A stretch of 64,000 nucleotides of DNA, from positions 6,863-70,862 of the forward strand of contig DASUUC010000081.1 of NCBI GenBank assembly GCA_036374335.1, given 5' to 3'. Position 1 is the first letter of the stretch, and each line of letters starts with the position of its first letter. The position numbers and the translations under genes are program-made. Below the pieces are notes generated by a model. That model was given only the letters and a program-made list of their open reading frames with translations. It ran no database searches and was not told the DNA's origin. The DNA is from Acidimicrobiia bacterium. Its GTDB lineage: Bacteria > Actinomycetota > Acidimicrobiia > Spongiisociales > ZC4RG35. Below are positions 8,794 to 18,538 of this stretch, piece by piece.

Positions 8794-10029
8794 TTGATGA
8801 GAAGACTCGAGCAGAGCAACGGTCAGGGGCCGAAGCCCCTTCCGGTACTGGCCCGGCCGACGGCAAGGGCAGCTTTCGTGAGCACCTACCCGCCTGCAGT
8901 GTGTGGCTTGGCCAGCTTCACCGAGTCCCTCTGTGAGGCCATTGCTCTCAATCGAGGAAGTAGAGACGGAATCGACGTAGTCGAGTTGGTCGAGGATCCA
9001 CGCATCCCGCACAACGAGCGCCCTGAGGTCATAGCCCGTCTCGATCCGGCCGATCCTCTCTCCATCCGGAAGACGGCGGACCGTATTGACAGACATGACG
9101 TGGTGGTCCTTCAACATGAGTACGGGATCTGGGGCCCCGACATGGGACGGGCCGTGGTCGAGTTCGCCGACGCACTCGAGATCGGCCTGATCACCACGCT
9201 CCACACCTTGCTGCCACAACCCAGCGTCGTTCAAGAGGAGATCATCAAACGTCTCTCCGATCGATCCACGTTCACCGTGGTTCAGACTCAGATCGCAAAA
9301 GACTTGCTCGCTCGCAGGTACCGGGTCGACCCCCGCTCGATCGTGGTGATCCCTCACGGCACCGGCCGATCGCTTCGCTCCGTGGCTCATGCCCGAAGCA
9401 CACTCGCTCGCCACGGTTCGCCGAACCTGCTGACCTGGGGTCTGATCGGGCCGGGCAAAGGGCTGGAGTGGTCGTTGCAGGCGGTTGGCCTGCTCAAGGA
9501 CTCGTACCCGGATATTCGCTACACGATCGCGGGTCGGACTCACCCGAAGGTGCTGGCCAGAGAAGGTGAGGCGTACCGGGATCGTTTGCTTGAAATCGTC
9601 TCGATCCTGGGTTTGGAGGACCACGTCGAATTCATGGACGACTACCTCTCGCAGGACATGTTGGACGACCTCCTCCGTGACGCCACCATCGCGGTGCTTC
9701 CCTACGACTCCACCGATCAAATGGTGTCCGGGGTGCTGGTGGAGGCCGTTTCCGCCACGGTGCCGGTTGTGGCGACATCGTTTCCGCACGCGATCGAGTT
9801 GTCGAGGTCGGGAGGAGCGCTGGCGGTGCCACATCGCAGTCCCGATGCCCTGACCCGCGCCATCGAGAGCCTCCTCGACTCCGGGACGGCTCTCGCGGAC
9901 ATGGCTCGAGCGCAGAGCCGGATCGCCCTTGGGCTGGAATGGGGCCACGTCGCTCATAAGTACGACCGGCTCATCAATGCCGTGGTGAGGACAAGCTCAC
10001 TGACCAGCCATGTCCCTACCGCTTCCTGA
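8794..10029 (+). CDS. glycosyltransferase family 4 (GT-B, group 1)
   Basis: 411 aa; C-terminal GT1 motifs (VLPYDSTDQMVSGVLVEAVSATVPVVATSFPHAIEL). Confidence 0.8.
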   Translation: MMRRLEQSNGQGPKPLPVLARPTARAAFVSTYPPAVCGLASFTESLCEAIALNRGSRDGIDVVELVEDPRIPHNERPEVIARLDPADPLSIRKTADRIDRHDVVVLQHEYGIWGPDMGRAVVEFADALEIGLITTLHTLLPQPSVVQEEIIKRLSDRSTFTVVQTQIAKDLLARRYRVDPRSIVVIPHGTGRSLRSVAHARSTLARHGSPNLLTWGLIGPGKGLEWSLQAVGLLKDSYPDIRYTIAGRTHPKVLAREGEAYRDRLLEIVSILGLEDHVEFMDDYLSQDMLDDLLRDATIAVLPYDSTDQMVSGVLVEAVSATVPVVATSFPHAIELSRSGGALAVPHRSPDALTRAIESLLDSGTALADMARAQSRIALGLEWGHVAHKYDRLINAVVRTSSLTSHVPTAS

Positions 10030-11047
10030 CTACGGGTATCTGCTCGGTCTCATAGATGACACCGGCATATTCGAGCACTCCCGGTATGGCGTTCCCCGCC
10101 GCGAACATGGCTACACGGTCGACGATGCCTCCCGAGGCCTGGTCATTCTGTGTGACGCGCCGGATGTCGCGCCAATCAGGGCCGCGACACGAACGCTCCT
10201 CGCCTTCACCCTCGACTCGCTGACACCAGAGGGGTGGTTTCGCAACCGTCTCTCGTTCGACCGCCAATGGGCCCACGAGCCCCGAACCGACGACACGCAG
10301 GGACGCGCCATCTGGGCTCTCTGCGTGGCGGCGACCAAGGCGCATCGCCCCGAGTTGAGAGAGGCGGCCGTCTCCGCCCTGGCCGAGATTCCACCTCTGG
10401 AAACAGAGCACGTGCGACCACTGGCGTATGCCGCACTTGGAGCGGCCGCGCTGCGGGGGCCAGATAGTGACGCATTGGCATTGCGTCTCGCCAGACCGAT
10501 TGTTGATCGACTCCGGGCCATGTCTGGTCTTTGGCCTGAGCCGAGACTCAGGTATGCGAACGGAAGAATCCCGGCGGCGATGCTGGCTGCCGGCTCCGTG
10601 TGCAACGACAGCGACCTCGTCGAGCGCGGCTTGCAGACCCTCTCCTGGTTGGTGACCGCCGAGAGTCTCGACGGTCATTTCTCGTTCACACCGGTGGGCG
10701 GCTGGTCGCCTGGGGATTCCAGACCCGGTTTCGACCAACAACCGATCGAAGCAGCTGCGATGAGCGACGCATGTGAGCGGGCATGGGTGATCACGGGGGA
10801 GGACCACTGGAAACAATCGGTGCTCCGTTGTGGTGCGTGGCTTCTGGGAGCCAATGACAGTGGAGTGCCTCTGTACGACCCGAGCAGCGGCGCTACCGCC
10901 GACGGGTTGATGCGCGATGGGGCGAATGGCAACCGGGGTGCCGAGTCCACCATCTCGGGATTGGAAGTGCTGCAGGCTTGCTCACGTGTAGTGACCGAGC
11001 CGACGGCTCACCGCCACCCCAGAGGGGAAATGCAGCACCAGCGTTGA
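10010..11047 (+). CDS. hypothetical protein, alpha/alpha-toroid (six-hairpin glycosidase-like) by composition
   Basis: 345 aa; overlaps the GT4 gene by 20 nt. Repeated helical motifs (QGRAIWAL, NGRIPAAML, QQPIEAAAM, GAESTISGLEVL). Fold assignment is a guess. Confidence 0.5.
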   Translation: MSLPLPDYGYLLGLIDDTGIFEHSRYGVPRREHGYTVDDASRGLVILCDAPDVAPIRAATRTLLAFTLDSLTPEGWFRNRLSFDRQWAHEPRTDDTQGRAIWALCVAATKAHRPELREAAVSALAEIPPLETEHVRPLAYAALGAAALRGPDSDALALRLARPIVDRLRAMSGLWPEPRLRYANGRIPAAMLAAGSVCNDSDLVERGLQTLSWLVTAESLDGHFSFTPVGGWSPGDSRPGFDQQPIEAAAMSDACERAWVITGEDHWKQSVLRCGAWLLGANDSGVPLYDPSSGATADGLMRDGANGNRGAESTISGLEVLQACSRVVTEPTAHRHPRGEMQHQR

Positions 11048-11299
11048 CGCGGACCGCGATGCTCGGCCCAATCACCCACCCGACCCGTCATTGGCCGGCG
11101 CAGGGGTGCTCTGGCAGAGCTCATCGAAGATGGAGTCACTGGATTCCTTGTGAACGACGTGGCCGGGGTACTGACCGCATTTGAGAACTTGGACGATCTC
11201 GACCGTGCCGAATGTCGGCAGGAGGTGGTGGCCCGCTGCAGCATTCCCGCCATGACCGGTGGCTACATCGATGCGTACCAGCGCGTGCTCGATCGCTGA
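11048..11299 (+). pseudogene. orphan C-terminal fragment of a GT4 glycosyltransferase
   Basis: Same frame as, and directly after, the TGA of the previous ORF: ..PTRPVIGRRRGALAELIEDGVTGFLVNDVAGVLTAFENLDDLDRAECRQEVVARCSIPAMTGGYIDAYQRVLDR*. Matches the PV(I/V)..GG..E(L/I)(I/V).DG.TG.LV C-terminal GT1 motif. The N-terminal roughly 300 aa are absent. Confidence 0.5.
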
Positions 11300-11308
11300 G
11301 TGTTAGCC

Positions 11309-12814
11309 CTATGTGAGCTCTCGCAGGAGCTCTGTGACCGAGACGGTCATCACACGAACGCCCTCATCCGCGAATCCGTAAGGAACCACCAACCAGTCCT
11401 CGTGGATCATTCCTCCACACGAGTAGACGACGTTGGGGACGTACCCGTTGCGCTCGTCTTCAGCCGGCTCGAGCAGTGGCGAGTCCAACCGTCCGATCAG
11501 CCGGGACGGGTCGTCCAGATCGAGCAGAAACGCTCCCAGCGAATAGCGACGCATCGGCCCTACACCGTGGATGAGCACGAGCCACCCCTCGCTTGTCTCC
11601 AGGGGGGGACCACATGCGCCGATTTGCACGGCTTCCCAACCGCGGGTGGGCGACGAGATCAACTCGGCGGAGTTCCAGACCCGTACCTGATCACTCCGGA
11701 GCAAATGCAGATTCTCCTGGTCATATCGACCGAGAGCGAGATACATCCCGTCGACGCGACGGGGAAACAGCGCAATGCCTTTGTTGTAGGCGCTGGTCCC
11801 GTTCATGGTGGCGAAACGAAAAGTGAGGAAGTCTTCGGTTTCGATGAGCTGAGGGAGGATGGTGAAACCGTCGTAAGCGGTGTACGTCGCGTAATAAGTG
11901 ACGCTCCCATCGTCCTCTACGAAGCGGACGAACCGGGCGTCCTCGATCCCGTGACTCTCAGCCGGGCTGGAGGGGATCAGTATCCGCTCGCTCATCGAGA
12001 CTTCCTTGCCGTAGCTCAGCTCATAGTTCGAAGCAGCCAACCAGTGGGTCAGCTTTCTCGTCTCGAAGACACCCGCGGCCGAAAACTCTCCCCGATCGAG
12101 GATGCCCAATGCAGAATCGAGCTGGTCAGAGTCGAATCGGTCGGGCAGACGCTGCATAACCGTCTCGACGAGAGCGGGATCGGCGCCGAGGGCCAGCAAC
12201 TTGTCGCTAAAGAAGGCCTTTTCGTACAAAGGCGAACGACGTTCACCGAGGTTCAGAAAAGGGCTGGGATCGTCGACCGTCACACAGCCGTCGCCATCCA
12301 CGTTGCCGGTGCGAAACTCCACCGACGAGATATGACCCTCGCCGATCGCCCTGAGACTCATGATGAACTGACCGTCGGAGTCCTCCGGTGACCGCACGAT
12401 GCTTGGATTGCACACGGCCGCTGCCTCAGGAGCGTACTCCTGAGTGAAATATGCACCGAGAAGTTGGCGGCGGTCTCCGCGTGCCACATCGAGGGCCGGG
12501 ACAATATCCGTTGCCCAATCGGCATTTCTCGACCAGACCGCGCTCAAGTCGGAATGTCGGGTCTCGAATGACGCCCGGGTATCGGCCAAGAGCTTCTCGG
12601 CCTCAATTTCTTCCAGCGCCAACACGCGACTGCCGATCAGCTCCACCCGGGTGGGTCCGCCGGCGAATGCGGTCTCACCAGGAAGAAAAGGCCTGGCGAC
12701 CACTCGATGGGGATCAGGCCTGATCTCGATGTCGCAACGTCTGACTGTCACCATCTCGACCTGATGATGGTCGTCGAATCGGGCAAATCGCGGTATCTCA
12801 CGATGTAATAACAC
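11309..12814 (-). CDS. GH130 family glycoside hydrolase/phosphorylase-like protein with N-terminal extension
   Basis: 501 aa; EDARFVRF, GWLVLIHGVGPMRRYSLGAFLLDLDDPSRLIGRL, GYVPNVVYSCGGMIHEDWLVVPYGFADEG are typical GH130 (DUF377) blocks. Alternative start at 12754. Confidence 0.75.
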   Translation of the reverse strand: MLLHREIPRFARFDDHHQVEMVTVRRCDIEIRPDPHRVVARPFLPGETAFAGGPTRVELIGSRVLALEEIEAEKLLADTRASFETRHSDLSAVWSRNADWATDIVPALDVARGDRRQLLGAYFTQEYAPEAAAVCNPSIVRSPEDSDGQFIMSLRAIGEGHISSVEFRTGNVDGDGCVTVDDPSPFLNLGERRSPLYEKAFFSDKLLALGADPALVETVMQRLPDRFDSDQLDSALGILDRGEFSAAGVFETRKLTHWLAASNYELSYGKEVSMSERILIPSSPAESHGIEDARFVRFVEDDGSVTYYATYTAYDGFTILPQLIETEDFLTFRFATMNGTSAYNKGIALFPRRVDGMYLALGRYDQENLHLLRSDQVRVWNSAELISSPTRGWEAVQIGACGPPLETSEGWLVLIHGVGPMRRYSLGAFLLDLDDPSRLIGRLDSPLLEPAEDERNGYVPNVVYSCGGMIHEDWLVVPYGFADEGVRVMTVSVTELLRELT

Positions 12815-13946
12815 TCAGCGGGCGGTCACCCAGTCGACGGTGGAGCAGCGAGGCGTACCGACGCGCCGTCTCCTCTACGCCGAGCTCCCGGCTCATCGAC
12901 GCTGCAGCCCGAGACGCACTCAGATACTCGTGGTCATCGGTCAACAACGTCTTCAGGGCCGCGGTCATGGCGTCGGGGTCATCGTGGTCAACCGTCAACC
13001 CGGCCCCCGAGGCCAGCATCTCGATCGCAGCTGGAAACGCGGTGGCCACGACCGGACGCCCGGTCGACACTGCCTCGGCCAGAATCCGCGAGGAGACCCG
13101 CTCGCGTGAGTCGTAGACGACAGCGATCACGTCGCTTCTTGCGATCTCTTTCTCCATTGCTTTCCTGGAGTGGAGTATCGGCACGATCTCGAGCTGATCC
13201 TGAACACCCAATCTCTCGGCTTCTTCGACGAGAGCCGCTCGGTACATCGCCCCTTCCTGCTGTGTCCACCCGGGATCCGTGACCCCAATCAACCGATATC
13301 GGGGCTTGGGTTCGAGATCCCCGAGTTGGGCGAGGGAGCGAATGACTCGCTCGGCACCCATCCCCGGGGCCAGGTACCCCCAGCTGAGTATCTGTCGACG
13401 GACCCTTGCACCGGGCTGCACCGATTGCCACGGAGATCCGGGCGGTATCACATCGATCTCAACGGAGTCTTCTGTAATGCTTGACAACTGGCGACGTGCC
13501 GTCTCCGACGGGACAACCACGGCCTGAGCCCTCATGACGGCGCCCGCCAAGAAGAGGGTGTCGTCCGGTTCGACGGAGCCCACGTCATCGACAGCCAACA
13601 CCACTGGAACCTCCAATTCCGAGAGTAGCTCGTCGATGAGCTGGATCGGCACATGTCGGTCGATCTGCACCACAGCGATGTCACAACGATTCGCCCTGCC
13701 CGCAGCGATACGAGGGCACATTGCCCAGTGGGCGTTGACGTCCATCACGACGGGACGACCAGCTTTCGCAGAGGCTTCGCCTGGGAGGACCAGCCGGACC
13801 ACTTCGAGGGCGAACCCGCGTTGAGCCAGCTGGCGCGACAAATCCAGAGCGGCCATGGCCGAGCCTGATTCGCTCGGGGGGAACCGGGTGATCATGGCCA
13901 CCCGCGGGATGTGATCGGGATGCGTGAGGTCGATGACTGTTCTCAT
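12798..13946 (-). CDS. glycosyltransferase family 4
   Basis: 382 aa; C-terminal GT1 motif (VVYDSRERVSSRILAEAVSTGRPVVATAFPAAIEML). Paralogous in layout to 8794-10029. Confidence 0.75.
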   Translation of the reverse strand: MRTVIDLTHPDHIPRVAMITRFPPSESGSAMAALDLSRQLAQRGFALEVVRLVLPGEASAKAGRPVVMDVNAHWAMCPRIAAGRANRCDIAVVQIDRHVPIQLIDELLSELEVPVVLAVDDVGSVEPDDTLFLAGAVMRAQAVVVPSETARRQLSSITEDSVEIDVIPPGSPWQSVQPGARVRRQILSWGYLAPGMGAERVIRSLAQLGDLEPKPRYRLIGVTDPGWTQQEGAMYRAALVEEAERLGVQDQLEIVPILHSRKAMEKEIARSDVIAVVYDSRERVSSRILAEAVSTGRPVVATAFPAAIEMLASGAGLTVDHDDPDAMTAALKTLLTDDHEYLSASRAAASMSRELGVEETARRYASLLHRRLGDRPLSVITS

Positions 13947-13955
13947 ATATCCGGT

Positions 13956-14657
13956 TTACCCCCCGCGCCCTCGCGAGCCACGTGGGAAGTTCGTGGCCGG
14001 CTCGTCATTGAGGGTCGACCCCGCAATAGCCTCGACGCGAGCAACAAAGGCGGCGGCTTCGCTCCGCCGCGCCATACCCAACTTCGTCAACACGCTCGAC
14101 ACATAGTTCTTGACGGTCTTTTCAGCCAAGCCCATCCGGTCGGCGATCTCACAATTCGTCAAACCTTCTGCCAGGTGAGAGGATAATGCCCTCTCTTGGG
14201 GTGAGAGAGGCGAGAGGAGCGGCGCCGGCTCTTGATTCCGACCGCGCTGGTCGAAGAGCATCTCTCCTGCCATCACCTTTCGGAGGTCATCGACGATCTC
14301 GGATGCCCGTGCTCTCTTGAGCACATATCCGGAGGCGCCAGCCGCCATGGCGGCTGCCAGGGCCACCTCATCGGCGTACGAAGTGAGAATCAGCACCTTC
14401 ATATCCGGGAAGTGCCTCCTGATCTCGTGGCAAGCCGAGATCCCGGAACGGTCGGGAAGGCGAACGTCCATCACAACCAGGTCCGGACGGTCGATCTCGG
14501 CTCGACGTACGGCCTCTCCTGCAGTGCCGGCTTCGCCCACGACCACCAGGTCGTCCTCGAGCTCAATCAGTGTCTTGAGCCCCGAGCGAACGACCTGGTG
14601 ATCGTCCACCAAGAGGATCCGCATCGACCTCGTCGATTTCTCTTGACGAGCGGCCAT
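13956..14657 (-). CDS. NarL/LuxR-family two-component response regulator
   Basis: MRILLVDDHQVVRSGLKTLIE..PDLVVMDVRLPDRSG receiver domain plus a LuxR HTH (LSPQERALSSHLAEGLTNCEIADRMGLAEKTVKNYVSSVLTKLG). Start may be 14624. Confidence 0.85.
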   Translation of the reverse strand: MAARQEKSTRSMRILLVDDHQVVRSGLKTLIELEDDLVVVGEAGTAGEAVRRAEIDRPDLVVMDVRLPDRSGISACHEIRRHFPDMKVLILTSYADEVALAAAMAAGASGYVLKRARASEIVDDLRKVMAGEMLFDQRGRNQEPAPLLSPLSPQERALSSHLAEGLTNCEIADRMGLAEKTVKNYVSSVLTKLGMARRSEAAAFVARVEAIAGSTLNDEPATNFPRGSRGRGG

Positions 14658-14667
14658 GGTGCTTCCC

Positions 14668-15462
14668 CTACTTCAGCAACCGACCGCCGTCGACCACTAT
14701 GAGCTCGCCGGTCACGTAGCCCGCCGCCGGCGAAGCGAGGAAGAGAGCGACCTTTGCGATGTCGTCAGGCTCACCCATGCGACCCAATGGGATCGAGGCG
14801 GTGAATCGTTCCGTCATCGCCCGCATTTCCTCTTCGCTCATCCCGCTTCCCTGCAATGGAGCGGCTGTTCCCTCGGTGGTGATCCCACCGGGAGCTATGG
14901 CATTGACGGTTATGCCGTGCTGCGCCACCTCGAGGGCAAACGCCTTCGTGAACATGAGCACGCCGCCCTTCGAAGAGCCGTACGCGGCGAGACCGATCAT
15001 CGAGGGATGCAACGCGTCAATCGATGCGATGTTGACGATCGCGCCACCTGTGCCCTGTTCGATCATCCGCTGTGCAACTGATTTCGAGGCAAATGCCAGC
15101 CCGGTGAGATTGACATCCAGGACCCGCTGCCAGGACTCCCGGCTTTGGTCGAGCAGTGGCGTCATCGGATATATGCCCGCGTTGTTGACGAGGATGTCCA
15201 CGGAACCGAAGTTCGCCACACACTCGTCAACGAGCTTCTGTCCTGCCTCCGCTGCGGAGACGTCGACACCCAGTGAGACCGACTTGCCCGGGCCATCCAG
15301 TTCGGCCACCCGTTGCGCGGCCAGGTGGCCATCGAGATCCGCGATCAGCACGTTGGCTCCGGCGTCGACATAACGACGGACGATGCCGAAGCCGATGCCC
15401 ATGGCTCCGCCGGTGACGATTGCCGTCTTCCCGGCGATCTCAAATGGGCTGGTGCCCATCAC
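14668..15462 (-). CDS. SDR family oxidoreductase
   Basis: 264 aa; TGGAMGIG cofactor motif, NNAG, catalytic YGSSK. Confidence 0.85.
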   Translation of the reverse strand: MMGTSPFEIAGKTAIVTGGAMGIGFGIVRRYVDAGANVLIADLDGHLAAQRVAELDGPGKSVSLGVDVSAAEAGQKLVDECVANFGSVDILVNNAGIYPMTPLLDQSRESWQRVLDVNLTGLAFASKSVAQRMIEQGTGGAIVNIASIDALHPSMIGLAAYGSSKGGVLMFTKAFALEVAQHGITVNAIAPGGITTEGTAAPLQGSGMSEEEMRAMTERFTASIPLGRMGEPDDIAKVALFLASPAAGYVTGELIVVDGGRLLK

Positions 15463-15568
15463 AACCTCCTTGTGTTGCTTGCGTCGAGTGTGACGCTCGG
15501 GCCCCTCACCCGGTAGGGGCGAAGGTCATGAGGGGATCAGGCAAAGGACCCCCGAAACGGAAGCCGAT

Positions 15569-16012
15569 TCAGTTGAGAGAAGTCTGGATCGAGTCGAGGA
15601 AGCGCTTGACCGCTGTCTCCACGGCGCGGTGGTTGTCCCCCGCATCCCCTTCGCCATCAGGAGAATAGGAGGCCCGCAGGGTCAATTGAGTGTGATCATT
15701 GTCGATCGGCTGGACGCTCAGGTCACCCTTGAGACCCATAAACAGACCAGGTGCATCCCAGGTGATCAGAACCGAGAAACCCTTGCCCAGAGGTCTATTG
15801 GGACCCACATGAAAGCTGTCTCCTCCGTCCTCGGGAAGGGAACGCAAGCCGGAGAGGGCCCAGGCGGCACGTTCTCGAAGCCGGCCATCGTCCACTCCTA
15901 TACGCCGGGCCCAAGTCTCGGAGTTACCGACGAGATGAACGAAGTAGTATGCATACAGCATCACGAGTAATTCGACTCCGTCGCCGGTGGCGTTGGTAGG
16001 GCCATACGGCAC
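15569..16012 (-). CDS. hypothetical protein
   Basis: 147-aa ORF divergent from the kinase gene, with only 17 nt between the two annotated starts. No family recognised. Confidence 0.4.
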   Translation of the reverse strand: MPYGPTNATGDGVELLVMLYAYYFVHLVGNSETWARRIGVDDGRLRERAAWALSGLRSLPEDGGDSFHVGPNRPLGKGFSVLITWDAPGLFMGLKGDLSVQPIDNDHTQLTLRASYSPDGEGDAGDNHRAVETAVKRFLDSIQTSLN

Positions 16013-16029
16013 GTTCCGCCCTGGATAGC

Positions 16030-17508
16030 ATGGCCACGGGGCGTCTTTTCACTCTTATGGCCGATTCACGGACGAGTCTCGAGGAGATGGTCCAGCATGG
16101 ACTCCTGGACGCAATTGCCGACGGTCTCCTGGTCTGTGACTCGGCGGGCACAATCGTCGCCCTCAACCGGCGCATCGTGGAGATATCAGGACATCGGGCC
16201 AGCGACTTGATTGGCCAGTCGGTGGAACTGCTGGTTCCTGCATCGAGCCGGGATCAGCATGAGCGACATCGCGCCGGATTCGCCAGATCGGGAAGCCCGA
16301 CCCGTCCGATGGGGACCGGGCAGGACACGCGCCTGCTCACCAAAGGCGGCAGCACTGTTCCCGTCGATATCGCCTTGTCCCCATTGACCATCGACTCCCG
16401 TTCCTTCGTGGTGGCAGCGATCCGCGATGCGACCGCGCGGATCCGTAAGGAGCAGTCCCTCCTAGCCGTGACGGCGGTCACTGATGCAATTCTCAAAGGC
16501 TGGCCCGCCCGCGATATTCACCTACTCGTGTGCGAACAGGCAGTCGAATTCGCGAATGCTTCCCTCGCCTTCGTCGCTGTTCGAGACGAGGATGGCGTGG
16601 ACTATGTGGTCGAAGCAGCTGCGGGTCCTGGCGGAACAGGACTGCAAGGCCTTGTTCTCAGGGACCGGTTCTGGGACGGTGCCAACGAAATAGAGACCCG
16701 ACGCATCGTGGCCGGCACGTTCAAGCACCTCAGGCAGAGCGTTGATCGTCCGCTTGGGCCGATAGCCGTCTTCCCCCTCCCAGAGGGCCAACGACTCGGC
16801 TTTCTCGTTATCGCCCGCGAGGGGGATCAGCCCGCCATCGGGGAGGAGAGTCTCGATGCTCTGGATACCTTCGCTTCCCAGGCCGGACTGGCGTTTGCCT
16901 ATGGACGGCGTCTCCGCGCCCTGGCCGTTGCCGGTGACCGCGATCGAATCGCCCGCGACCTCCACGACCTGATCATCCAGCGGCTCTTTGGTGCCGGGCT
17001 GTCTCTGCAGGTCGCGGCACAGATCTTTGGTGACCCCGATCTGTCGCACCGACTCCAGGAGGTGATGGCCAGTCTGGACGCGGCCATCGCCGAGTTGCGA
17101 AGAAGCATCTTCGACCTGGAGCGCAAAGATCGGCCGGGATTCGCCGAGCGCGTTCGCACTGCCGTAGAAGAGGTCCTGGCCGACCAACAGATCGAGTCAA
17201 GGGTGAGAGTGGAGGACGCTTCCCCACCACCGCACGAGGACAAGGTGGCCCATCTTCTCGCCACACTCAGAGAAGCGCTGACCAACACGAGACGCCACGC
17301 GTCAGCCTCAAACGTGGAAGTCACCGTCGCTATCGGGACCGATCTCATTCTTAGGGTGCGCGACGACGGCACAGGGATTCGGGACGACGCGGTCATGGGA
17401 CACGGCCTATCCAACATGGCGAAACGAGCCTGGCAACTCGGTGGTGATCTCGAGGTGACCAACTCATGCCGAGGAGGGCTCCAACTGGAATGGCGGGTTC
17501 CTCTCTGA
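16030..17508 (+). CDS. PAS-GAF sensor histidine kinase (HisKA_3 / NarX-DevS type)
   Basis: 492 aa; PAS (GLLVCDSAGTIVALNRRIVEISGH), central GAF-like region, H-box RDRIARDLHDLIIQRLFGAGLSLQ, HATPase (EALTNTRRHA, VRDDGTGI, GHGLSNMAKRA). Confidence 0.85.
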   Translation: MATGRLFTLMADSRTSLEEMVQHGLLDAIADGLLVCDSAGTIVALNRRIVEISGHRASDLIGQSVELLVPASSRDQHERHRAGFARSGSPTRPMGTGQDTRLLTKGGSTVPVDIALSPLTIDSRSFVVAAIRDATARIRKEQSLLAVTAVTDAILKGWPARDIHLLVCEQAVEFANASLAFVAVRDEDGVDYVVEAAAGPGGTGLQGLVLRDRFWDGANEIETRRIVAGTFKHLRQSVDRPLGPIAVFPLPEGQRLGFLVIAREGDQPAIGEESLDALDTFASQAGLAFAYGRRLRALAVAGDRDRIARDLHDLIIQRLFGAGLSLQVAAQIFGDPDLSHRLQEVMASLDAAIAELRRSIFDLERKDRPGFAERVRTAVEEVLADQQIESRVRVEDASPPPHEDKVAHLLATLREALTNTRRHASASNVEVTVAIGTDLILRVRDDGTGIRDDAVMGHGLSNMAKRAWQLGGDLEVTNSCRGGLQLEWRVPL

Positions 17509-17530
17509 GCCTCGGCAAGAGTGCGCACGG

Positions 17531-18190
17531 TCAGGCTGATTGAGACAGATCGGCTTCTTTCAGTCGATTCCGGCTGAGGATCGACATCACTTCCTCGTCA
17601 CTGGTCGCTACGAAATCGACATAGACCTGCCCGACTGCATGGAGCGAAGGAGGTGTTTCCAGAACAACCACGGCGTCAGCGATCCGCTGCAGGACTTCGA
17701 TGGTGTCCTGAGGCGCGACTGGCGCTGCCACGATCACAAGCTTGGCGCCCAGGTCACGCGCCACCCTGATCGCCGCGGTGGCGGTCGATCCCGTGGCGAT
17801 CCCGTCGTCGACGATGACAACGACTCGACCCGAGATGTCAATGCGAGCCTGGGCGATCCGGAAACGCGCTGCTCTTCTCCTCAGCTCGAGACTCTCCTGA
17901 TCGATGACCCGCGCCAGCTGGGTGGCGGTCACACCCGCCTCAGCCACGACTCGCCAATCGACGAAACGAACGCCGCCTTCACCGATTGCCCCCATTGCGT
18001 ATTCCGGATGGCAGGGAACTCCCAGCTTGCGGACCACGATGACGTCCAGCGGGGCGTCCAAGATACGGGCCACCTCTGCCGCTACCGGGACACCACCACG
18101 AGGAAGACCCAATATGACGGGTCTCTCGACCTCGAGCTCAGTAAGCCTCTGGCCGAGACACCGTCCCGCTTCGATGCGATCATCGAACAT
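17531..18190 (-). CDS. phosphoribosyltransferase-domain protein
   Basis: Start taken at MFDDRIEAG. PRTase motif VVVIVDDGIATGST and LGLPRGGVPVA. The ORF track extends to 18211. Confidence 0.75.
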   Translation of the reverse strand: MFDDRIEAGRCLGQRLTELEVERPVILGLPRGGVPVAAEVARILDAPLDVIVVRKLGVPCHPEYAMGAIGEGGVRFVDWRVVAEAGVTATQLARVIDQESLELRRRAARFRIAQARIDISGRVVVIVDDGIATGSTATAAIRVARDLGAKLVIVAAPVAPQDTIEVLQRIADAVVVLETPPSLHAVGQVYVDFVATSDEEVMSILSRNRLKEADLSQSA

Positions 18191-18259
18191 GATGCATCCT
18201 TCCGATTCCATGTTCGGCGGATGACCCTCGTCTGCCTAGAGGCAAGAGTCACAAATCGG

Positions 18260-18538
18260 CTAGCGAATCCCGACGCGGTGGCGGTCGCGGAGTTCCCTCT
18301 TGTGTCGTTGGTTTCGGGCGACGACGATTCCCAGCACCGGCCCACTCACGAGGGCAGCGAGCCAGAGAGCACCGGCGAGGACGCTGTGAGCGAAGATCTC
18401 CCCGATGCCGGCCTCATATCCACTGGGTACGCCCCAGTAGATCGCGATGTTCCAGGCGACGATCGCCCCGACGATTCCCCCGACCACACCACCGGCGATG
18501 ATGTCGACGACCCAGGGTCGCCATTCGATCCCGGTCAC
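18260..18538 (-). CDS. small membrane protein
   Basis: 92 aa, two Gly-rich TM helices. GTGA start/stop overlap with the upstream USP gene. Confidence 0.55.
   Translation of the reverse strand: MTGIEWRPWVVDIIAGGVVGGIVGAIVAWNIAIYWGVPSGYEAGIGEIFAHSVLAGALWLAALVSGPVLGIVVARNQRHKRELRDRHRVGIR

Noticed and set aside
8425-9957. 510-aa ORF on the minus strand
   Set aside because: It lies antisense to the well-supported GT4 gene. The translation is Arg/Gly/His/Pro-rich with no recognisable motifs, a typical high-GC shadow ORF.
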